Source of the DNA: Eledone cirrhosa
Taxonomy: Eukaryota
Length of the DNA: 64,000 bases
Direction: 5' to 3'
NCBI GenBank assembly: GCA_964016885.1
Contig: CAXHJY010000096.1
Location: forward strand, 2,728,001-2,792,000
Shown: one piece after another, positions 1 to 10,100 of the stretch
How the letters are laid out: the number at the start of each line of letters is the position of its first letter
How positions within the stretch are numbered: the first letter of the stretch is position 1
Notes under the pieces: generated by a model
Database searches by the model: none
What the model saw: only the letters and a program-made list of their open reading frames with translations
Told to the model about the DNA's origin: nothing
Made by a program: the position numbers and the translations under genes

Positions 1-574
1 GATAATTTGTAAAAAAAAATCAGGGGTAGATAATTTGTAAAAAAAAATCAGGGGGAGATAATTTGTAAAAAAATCAAGGGGAGATAATTTCCAGCCGTCC
101 AAGGGAAGATAATTTCCAGCCCTCCAAGGGGCTATAATTTCCAGCGTCCAAGGGGAGATAATTTCCAGCCAGCGAAGGGGAGATAATTTTTTAAAAAAAA
201 TCATTGGGAGATTTGTAAAAAAAATCAGGGGGAGATAATTTGTAAAAAAAATCAAGGGGAGATAATTTCCAGCCGTCCAAGGGGAGGTAATATCTAGCCG
301 TCCAAGGGTAGATAATTTCCAGCCGTCCAACGGGAGATAATTTCCAGCCGTCCAAGGGTAGATAATATCCAGCCGCCCAAGGACATATTTTCCAGCCGTC
401 CAAGGAGAGGTAATTTCTAGCCGTCCAAGGGGAGATAATTTCCAGCCGTCCAAGGGTAGATAATATCCAGCCGTCCAAGGACATATTTTCCAGCCGTCCA
501 AGGAGAGGTAATTTCTAGCCGTCCAAGGGGAGATAAATTCCAGCCTCCAAGGGGAGATAATTTCCAGCCAGCCA

Positions 575-820
575 AGGGGAGATAATTTGTAAAAAAATCA
601 GGGGGAGATAATTTGTAAAAAAAATCAGGGGGAGATAATTTGTAAAAAAAAATCAGGGGGAGATAATTTGTAAAAAAAAATCAGGGGGAGATAATTTGCA
701 AAAAAAATCAGGGGGAGATAATTTGTAAAAAAAAATCAGGGGTAGATAATTTGTAAAAAAAAATCAGGGGGAGATAATTTGTAAAAAAAAATCAGGAGGA
801 GATAATTTGTAAAAAAAATC
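575..820 (+). repeat. Representative run of type-A monomers, consensus AGGGGGAGATAATTTGT(A)nTC, n mostly 7-9 (up to 11 elsewhere)
   Basis: About nine consecutive units of ...CAGGGGGAGATAATTTGTAAAAAAAA(A)T..., with occasional variants (GGGGTAGA, TTTGCA, GGAGGAGA). Confidence 0.97.
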
Positions 821-1466
821 AAGGGGAGATAATTTCCAGCCGTCCAAGGAGAGATAATTTAAAAAAAAATCAGGCGGAGATAATTTGTAAAAAAAAATCA
901 GGGGGAGATAATTTGTAAAAAAAAATCAGGGGGAGATAATTTGTAAAAAAAAATCAGGGGGAGATAATTTGTAAAAAAAATCAGGAGGAGATAATTTGTA
1001 AAAAAAATCAAGGGGAGATAATTTCCAGCCGTCCAAGGAGAGATAATTTAAAAAAAAATCAGGCGGAGATAATTTGTAAAAAAAAATCAGGGGGAGATAA
1101 TTTGTAAAAAAAAATCAGGGGGAGATAATTTGTAAAAAAAATCAAGGGGAGATAATTTCCAGCCGTCCAAGGGGAGATAATTTTCAGCCGTCCAAGGGGA
1201 GATAATTTCCCGCCAGCCAAGGGAAGATAATATTCAAAAAAATCAGACGGAGATAATTTGTAAAAAAAATCAGGGGGAGATAATTTGTAAAAAAATCAGG
1301 GGGAGATAATTTGTAAAAAAAAAAATCAGGGGGAGATAATTTTTAAAAAAAATCAGGGGGAGATAATTTGTAAAAAAAAATCAGGGGTAGATAATTTGTA
1401 AAAAAAAATCAGGGGGAGATAATTTGTAAAAAAAAATCAGGGGGAGATAACTTGTAAAAAAAATGA

Positions 1467-1865
1467 AAGGGGAGATAATATCCAGCCGTCCAAGGGGAGA
1501 TAATTTCCAGCCGTCCAAGGGGAGATAATTTCCAGCCGTCCAAGGGGAGATAATTTCCATCCTTCCAAGGGGATATAATTTCCAGCCGTCCAAGGGGAGA
1601 TAATTTCCATCCTTCCAAGGGGATATAATTTCCAGCCGTCCAAGGGGAGATAATTTTCAGCCGTCCAAGGAGAGGTAATTTCTAGCCGTCCAAGGAGAGA
1701 TAATTTCCAGCCGTCCAAGGGGAGATAATTTCCAGCCGTCCAAGGGGAGATAATTTCCAGCCGTCCAAGGAGACATATTTTCCAGCCGTCCAAGGAGAGG
1801 TAATTCCTAGCCGTCCAAGGGGAGATAAATTCCAGCCTCCAAGGGGAGATAATTTCCAGCCAGCC
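1467..1865 (+). repeat. Representative long run (~16 units) of type-B monomers, consensus AAGGGGAGATAATTTCCAGCCGTCC, with a doubled CCATCCTTCC/GGGGATATAA variant pair; usable as a higher-order repeat marker
   Basis: 25-bp period seen directly. The same block recurs 10 times; the matching 118-aa pseudo-ORFs end at 1793, 8872, 17156, 20763, 26848, 34107, 38396, 46363, 54847 and 61068. Confidence 0.95.
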
Positions 1866-3169
1866 AAGGGGAGATAATTTGTAAAAAAAATCAGGGGGAG
1901 ATAATTTGTAAAAAAAATCAGGGGGAGATAATTTGTAAAAAAAAATCAGGGGTAGATAATTTGTAAAAAATAATCAGGGGGAGATAATTTGTAAAAAAAA
2001 TCAAGGGGAGATAATTTCCAGCCGTCCAAGGGAAGATAATTTCCAGCCCTCCAAGGGGCTATAATTTCCAGCGTCCAAGGGGAGATAATTTCCAGCCAGC
2101 GAAGGGGAGATAATTTTTTTTTAAAAATCATTGGGAGATTTGTAAAAAAAATCAGGGGGAGATAATTTGTAAAAAAAATCAAGGGGAGATAATTTCCAGC
2201 CGTCCAAGGGGAGGTAATATCTAGCCGTCCAAGGGGAGATAATTTCCAGCCGTCCAAGGGGAGATAATTTCCAGCCGTCCAAGGGTAGATAATATCCAGC
2301 CGTCCAAGGACATATTTTCCAGCCGTCCAAGGAGAGGTAATTTCTAGCCGTCCAAGGGGAGATAAATTCCAGCCTCCAAGGTGAGATAATTTCCAGCCAG
2401 CCAAGGGGAGATAATTTGTAAAAAAATCAGGGGGAGATAATTTGTAAAAAAAATCAGGGGGAGATAATTTGTAAAAAAAAATCAGGGGGAGATAATTTGT
2501 AAAAAAAATCAGGGGGAGATAATTTGTAAAAAAAAATCAGGGAGAGATAATTTGTAAAAAAAATCAAGGGGAGATAATTTCCAGCCGTCCAAGGGGAGAT
2601 AATTTCCCGCCAGCCAAGGGAAGATAATATTTAAAAAAATCAGGCGGAGATAATTTGTAAAAAACATCAGGGGGAGATAATTTGTAAAAAAATCAGGGGG
2701 AGATAATTTGTAAAAAAAAAATCAGGGGGAGATAATTTGTAAAAAAAATCAGGGGGAGATAATTTGTAAAAAAAAATCAGGGGTAGATGAATTGTAAAAA
2801 AAAATCAGGGGGAGATAATTTGTAAAAAAAATCAGGGGGAGATAATTTGTAAAAAAAATGAAAGGGGAGATAATATCCAGCCGTCCAAGGGGAGATAATT
2901 TCCAGCCGTCCAAGGGGAGATAATTTCCAGCCGTCCAAGGGGAGATAATTTCCATCCTTCCAAGGGGATATAATTTCCAGCCGTCCAAGGGGAGATAATT
3001 TCCCGCCAGCCAAGGGAAGATAATATTTAAAAAAATTAGGCGGAGATAATTTGTAAAAAAAATCAGGGGGAGATAATTTGTAAAAAATCAGGGGGAGATA
3101 ATTTGTAAAAAAAATCAGGGGGAGATAATTTGTAAAAAAAATCATGGGGAGATAATTTGTAAAAAAAAA

Positions 3170-4165
3170 TCAGGGGTAGATAATTTGTAAAAAAAAATCA
3201 GGGGGAGATAATTTGTAAAAAAAAATCAGGGGGAGATAATTTGTAAAAAAAATCAAGGGGAGATAATTTCCAGCCGTCCAAGGGGAGATAATTTTCAGCC
3301 GTCCAAGGAGAGGTAATTTCTAGCCGTCCAAGGGGAGATAATTTCCAGCCGTCCAAGGGGAGGTAATTTCCAGCCGTCCAAGGGGAGATAATTTTAAAAA
3401 AAAAATCAGGCGGAGATAATTTGTAAAAAAAATCAAGGGGAGATAATTTGCAGCCGTCCAAGGGGAGATAATTTTCAGTCGTCCAAGGAGAGGTAATTTC
3501 TAGCCGTCCAAGGGGAGATAATTGCCAGCCGTCCAAGGGGAGATAATTTCCAGCCGTCCAAGGGGAGATAATTTTTTTAAAAAAATCAGGCGGAGATAAT
3601 TTGTAAAAAAAATCAGGGGGAGATAATTTGTAAACAAAATCAGGGGGAGATAATTTGTAAAAAAAAATCAGGGGTAGATAATTTGTAAAAAAAAATCAGG
3701 GGGAGATAATTTGTAAAAAAAAATCAGGGGGAGATAATTTGTAAAAAAAATCAAGGGGAGATAATTTCCAGCCGTCCAAGGGGAGATAATTTTCAGCCGT
3801 CCAAGGAGAGGTAATTTCTAGCCGTCCAAGGGGAGATAATTTCCAGCCGTCCAAGGGGAGGTAATTTCCAGCCGTCCAAGGGGAGATAATTTAAAAAAAA
3901 AAATCAGGCGGAGATAATTTGTAAAAAAAATCAAGGGGAGATAATTTGCAGCCGTCCAAGGGGAGATAATTTTCAGTCGTCCAAGGAGAGGTAATTTCTA
4001 GCCGTCCAAGGGGAGATAATTGCCAGCCGTCCAAGGGGAGATAATTTCCAGCCGTCCAAGGGGAGATAATTTTTTTTAAAAAATCAGGCGGAGATAATTT
4101 GTAAAAAAAATCATTGGGAGATAATTTGTAAACAAAATCAGGGGGAGATAATTTGTAAAAAAAAA
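3170..4165 (+). repeat. Local tandem duplication, unit ~498 bp (boundaries approximate)
   Basis: Variant series TTTTCAGCC / GGGGAGGTAA / TTTGCAGCC / CAGTCGTCC / ATTGCCAGCC / GTAAACAAAA occurs twice at offset 498 (e.g. ATTGCCAGCC at 3521 and 4019). The same doubled structure is at ~28490-29485. Confidence 0.85.
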
Positions 4166-4194
4166 TCAGGGGGAGATAATTTGTAAAAAAAATC

Positions 4195-7100
4195 ATGGAG
4201 AGATAATTTCCAGCCGTCCAAGGGGAGATAATTTCCAGCCTTCCAAGGAGACATATTTTCCAGCCGTCCAAGGCGAGGTAATTTCTAGCCGTCCAAGGGG
4301 AGATAAATTCCAGCCTCCAAGGGGAGATAATTTCCAGCCAGCCAAGTGGAGATAATTTGTAAAAAAATCAGGGGGAGATAATTTGTAAAAAATATCAGGG
4401 AGATAATTTGTAAAAAAAAATCAGGGGGAGATAATTTGTAAAAAAAATCAGGGGGAGATAATTTGTAAAAAAAAATCAGGGGGAGATAATTTGTAAAAAA
4501 AATCAAGGGGAGATAATTTCCAGCCGTCCAAGGGGAGATAATTTTCAGCCGTCCAAGGGGAGATAATTTCCCGCCAGCCAAGGGAAGATAATATTTAAAA
4601 AAATCAGGCGGAGATAATTTGTAAAAAAAATCAGGGGGAGATAATTTGTAAAAAAATCAGGGGGAGATAATTTGTAAAAAAAAAATCAGGGGGAGATAAT
4701 TTGTAAAAAAAATCAGGGGGAGATAATTTGTAAAAAAAAATCAGGGGTAGATAATTTGTAAACAAATATCAGGGGGAGATAATTTGTAAAAAAAAATCAG
4801 GGGGAGATAATTTGTAAAAAAAATGAAAGGGGAGATAATATCCAGCCGTCCAAGGGGAGATAATTTCCAGCCGTCCAAGGGGATATAATTTCCAGCCGTC
4901 CAAGGGGAGATAATTTCCATCCTTCCAAGGGGATATAATTTCCAGCCGTCCAAGGGGAGATAATTTCCCGCCAGCCAAGGGAAGATAATTTTTAAAAAAA
5001 TCAGGCGGAGATTGTAAAAAAAATCAGGGGGGAGATAATTTGTAAAAAAATCAGGGGGAGATAATTTGTAAAAAATAATCAGGGGGAGATAATTTGTAAA
5101 AAAATTCAAGGGGAGATAATTTCCAGCCGTCCAAGGGGAGATAATTTCCCGCCAGCCAAGGGAAGATAATATTTAAAAAAATCAGGCGGAGATTGTAAAA
5201 AAAATCAGGGGGGAGATAATTTGTAAAAAAATCAGGGGGAGATAATTTGTAAAAAAAATCAGGGGGAGATAATTTGTAAAAAAATCAGGGGGAGATAATT
5301 TGTAAAAAAAATCAGGGGGAGATAATTTGTAAAAAAAATCATGGGGAGATAATTTGTAAAAAGAAATCAGGGGTAGATAATTTGTAAAAAAAAATCAGGG
5401 GGAGATAATTTGTAAAAAAAAATCAGGGGGAGATAATTTGTAAAAAAAATCAAGGGGAGATAATATCCAGCCGTCCAAGGAGAGATAATTTTAAAAAAAA
5501 ATGAGGCGGAGATAATTTGTAAAAAAAAAATCAGGGGGAGTTAATTTGTAAAAAAAAATGAGGGGGAGATAATTTGTAAAAAAAATCAAGGGGAGATAAT
5601 TTCCAGCCGTCCAAGGGGAGATAATTTTCAGCCGTCCAAGGAGAGGTAATTTCTAGCCGTCCAAGGGGAGATAATTTCCAGCCGTCCAAGGGGAGGTAAT
5701 TTCCAGCCGTCCAAGGGGAGATAATTTAAAAAAAAAAATCAGGCGGAGATAATTTGTAAAAAAAATCAAGGGGAGATAATTTGCAGCCGTCCAAGGGGAG
5801 ATAATTTTCAGTCGTCCAAGGAGAGGTAATTTCTAGCCGTCCAAGGGGAGATAATTTCCAGCCGTCCAAGGGGAGATAATTTCCAGCCGTCCAAGGGGAG
5901 ATAATTTTTTTTAAAAAATCAGGCGGAGATAATTTGTAAAAAAAATCAGGGGGAGATAATTTGTAAACAAAATCAGGGGGAGATAATTTGTAAAAAAAAA
6001 TCAGGGGGAGATAATTTGTAAAAAAAATTAGGCGTAGATAATTTGTAAAAAAAAATCAGGGGGAGATAATTTGTAAAAAAAAATCAGGCGGAGATAATTT
6101 GTTTAAAAAATCAAGGGGAGATAATTTGCAGCCGTCCAAGGGGAGATAATTTTCAGCCGTCCAAGGAGAGGTAATTTCTAGCCGTTCAAGGGGAGATAAT
6201 TTCCAGCCGTCCAAGGGGAGATAATTTCCAGCCGTCCAAGGGGAGATAATTTTTTTTTAAAAATCAGGCGGAGATAATTTGTAAAAAAAAATCAGGGGGA
6301 GATAATTCGTAAAAAAAAATCAGGGGGAGATAATTTGTAAAAAAAAATCAGGGGGAGATAATTTGTAAAAAAAATCAAGGGGAGATAATTTCCAGCCGTC
6401 CAAGGGGAGGTAATATCTAGCCGTCCAAGGGGAGATAATTTCCAGCCGTCCAAGGGGAGATAATTTCCAGCCGTCCAAGGGGAGATAATTTCCAGCCGTC
6501 CAAGGAGACATATTTTCCAGCCGTCCAAGGCGAGGTAATTTCTAGCCGTCCAAGGGGAGATAAATTCCAGCCTCCAAGGGGAGATAATTTCCAGCCAGCC
6601 AAGGGGAGATAATTTGTAAAAAAATCAGGGGGAGATAATTTGTAAAAAATATCAGGGAGATAATTTGTAAAAAAAAATCAGGGGGAGATAATTTGTAAAA
6701 AAAATCAGGGTGAGATAATTTGTAAAAAAAAATCAGGGGGAGATAATTTGTAAAAAAAATCAAGGGGAGATAATTTCCAGCCGTCCAAGGGGAGATAATT
6801 TTCAGCCGTCCAAAGAGAGGTAATTTCTAACCGTCCGAGGAGAGATAATTTCCAGCCGTCCAAGGGGAGATAATTTCCAGCCGTCCAAGGGGAGATAATT
6901 TCCAGCCGTCCAAGGAGACATATTTTCCAGCCGTCCAAGGAGAGGTAATTTCTAGCCGTCCAAGGGGAGATAAATTCCAGCCTCCAAGGGGAGATAATTT
7001 CCAGCCAGCCAAATGGAGATAATTTGTAAAAAAATCAGGGGGAGATAATTTGCAAAAAAAATCAGGGGGAGATAATTTGTAAAAAATAATCAGGGGGAGA

Positions 7101-10100
7101 TAATTTCCAGCCGTCCAAGGGGAGATAATTTTAAAAAAAATCAGGCGGAGATAATTTGTAAAAAAAAATCAGGGGGAGATAATTTGTAAAAAAAAATCAG
7201 GGGGAGATAATTTGTAAAAAAAATCAAGGGGAGATAATTTCCAGCCGTCCAAGGGAAGATAATTTCCAGCCCTCCAAGGGGCTATAATTTCCAGTGTCCA
7301 AGGGGAGATAATTTCCAGCCAGCGAAGGGGAGATAATTTTTTTTAAAAAATCATTGGGAGATTTGTAAAAAAAATCAGGGGGAGATAATTTGTAAAAAAA
7401 ATCAAGGGGAGATAATTTCCAGCCGTCCAAGGGGAGGTAATATCTAGCCGTCCAAGGGGAGATAATTTCCAGCCGTCCAAGGGGAGATAATTTCCAGCCG
7501 TCCCAGGGTAGATAATATCCAGCCGCCCAAGGACATATTTTCCAGCCGTCCAAGGAGAGGTAATTTCTAGCCGTCCAAGGGGAGATAAATTCCAGCCTCC
7601 AAGGGGAGATAATTTCCAGCCAGCCAAGGGGAGATAATTTGTAAAAAAATCAGGGGGAGATAATTTGTAAAAAAAATCAGGGGGAGATAATTTGTAAAAA
7701 AAAATCAGGGGGAGATAATTTGTAAAAAAAAATCAGGGGGAGATAATTTGCAAAAAAAATCAGGGGGAGATAATTTGTAAAAAAAAATCAGGGGTAGATA
7801 ATTTGTAAAAAAAAATCAGGGGGAGATAATTTGTAAAAAAAAATCAGGGGGAGATAATTTGTAAAAAAAATCAAGGGGAGATAATTTCCAGCCGTCCAAG
7901 GAGAGATAATTTTAAAAAAAATCAGGCGGAGATAATTTGTAAAAAAAAATCAGGGGGAGATAATTTGTAAAAAAAATCAGGGGGAGATAATTTGTAAAAA
8001 AAAATCAGGGGTAGATAATTTGTAAAAAAAATCAGGGGGAGATAATTTGTAAAAAAAAATCAGGGGGAGATAATTTGTAAAAAAAATCAAGGGGAGATAA
8101 TTTCCAGCCGTCCAAGGAGAGATAATTTTAAAAAAAATCAGGCGGAGATAATTTGTAAAAAAAAATTAGGGGGAGATAATTTGTAAAAAAAAATCAGGGG
8201 GAGATAATTTGTAAAAAAAATCAAGGGGAGATAATTTCCAGCCGTCCAAGGGGAGATAATTTTCAGCCGTCCAAGGGGAGGTAATTTCCCGCCAGCCAAG
8301 GGAAGATAATATTCAAAAAAATCAGGCGGAGATAATTTGTAAAAAAAATCAGGGGGAGATAATTTGTAAAAAAATCAGGGGGAGATAATTTGTAAAAAAA
8401 AAAATCAGGGGGAGATAATTTGTAAAAAAAATCAGGGGGAGATAATTTGTAAAAAAAAATCAGGGGTAGATAATTTGTAAAAAAAAATCAGGGGGAGATA
8501 ATTTGTAAAAAAAAATCAGGGGGAGATAATTTGTAAAAAAAATGAAAGGGGAGATAATATCCAGCCGTCCAAGGGGAGATAATTTCCAGCCGTCCAAGGG
8601 GAGATAATTTCCAGCCGTCCAAGGGGAGATAATTTCCATCCTTCCAAGGGGATATAATTTCCAGCCGTCCAAGGGGAGATAATTTCCATCCTTCCACGGG
8701 GATATAATTTCCAGCCGTCCAAGGGGAGATAATTTTCAGCCGTCCAAGGAGAGGTAATTTCTAGCCGTCCAAGGAGAGATAATTTCCAGCCGTCCAAGGG
8801 GAGATAATTTCCAGCCGTCCAAGGGGAGATAATTTCCAGCCGTCCAAGGAGACATATTTTCCAGCCGTCCAAGGAGAGGTAATTCCTAGCCGTCCAAGGG
8901 GAGATAAATTCCAGCCTCCAAGGGGAGATAATTTCCAGCCAGCCAAGGGGAGATAATTTGTAAAAAAAATCAGGGGGAGATAATTTGTAAAAAAAATCAG
9001 GGGGAGATAATTTGTAAAAAAAAATCAGGGGGAGATAATTTGTAAAAAATAATCAGGGGGAGATAATTTGTAAAAAAAATCAAGGGGAGATAATTTCCAG
9101 CCGTCCAAGGGGAGATAATTTTCAGCCGTCCAAGGGGAGATAATTTCCCGCCAGCCAAGGGAAGATAATATTTAAAAAAATTAGGCGGAGATAATTTGTA
9201 AAAAAAATCAGGGGGAGATAATTTGTAAAAAAATCAGGGGGAGATAATTTGTAAAAAAAATCAGGGGGAGATAATTTGTAAAAAAAATCAGGGGGAGATA
9301 ATTTGTAAAAAAAAATCAGGGGGAGATAATTTGTAAAAAAAATCAAGGGGAGATAATTTCCAGCCGTCCAAGGGAAGATAATTTCCAGCCCTCCAAGGGG
9401 CTATAATTTCCAGCGTCCAAGGGGAGATAATTTCCAGCCAGCGAAGGGGAGATAATTTTTTTTAAAAAATCATTGGGAGATTTGTAAAAAAAATCAGGGG
9501 GAGATAATTTGTAAAAAAAATCAAGGGGAGATAATTTCCAGCCGTCCAAGGGGAGGTAATATCTAGCCGTCCAAGGGGAGATAATTTCCAGCCGTCCAAG
9601 GGGAGATAATTTCCAGCCGTCCAAGGGTAGATAATATCCAGCCGTCCAAGGACATATTTTCCAGCCGTCCAAGGAGAGGTAATTTCTAGCCGTCCAAGGG
9701 GAGATAAATTCCAGCCTCCAAGGTGAGATAATTTCCAGCCAGCCAAGGGGAGATAATTTGTAAAAAAATCAGGGGGAGATAATTTGTAAAAAAAATCAGG
9801 GGGAGATAATTTGTAAAAAAAAATCAGGGGGAGATAATTTGTAAAAAAAAATCAGGGGGAGATAATTTGTAAAAAAAAATCAGGGGGAGATAATTTGTAA
9901 AAAAATCAAGGGGAGATAATTTCCAGCCGTCCAAGGGGAGATAATTTTCAGCCGTCCAAGGGGAGATAATTTCCCGCCAGCCAAGGGAAGATAATATTTG
10001 AAAAAATCAGGCGGAGATAATTTGTAAAAAAAATCAGGGGGAGATAATTTGTAAAAAAATCAGGGGGAGATAATTTGTAAAAAAAAAATCAGGGGGAGAT

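Noticed and set aside
575-820. Canonical G-quadruplex array from the recurring G4/G5 runs
   Set aside because: G runs are separated by ~21-24 nt, far beyond typical 1-7-nt loops; only long-loop or intermolecular forms are conceivable and nothing supports them.
1570-1585. NF-kB/Rel site (GGGGA...TTTCC) or bacterial -10 box (TATAAT in GGGGATATAATT)
   Set aside because: Half-site spacing is ~5 bp longer than the 10-bp kB consensus; TATAAT is a single-base variant of the core with no -35 element or downstream gene.
1467-1865. Telomerase-made 25-bp telomeric repeat (as in some budding yeasts)
   Set aside because: Kilobase-scale inherited variant patterns, two interleaved monomers and at least 64 kb length point to recombinational amplification, not templated addition.
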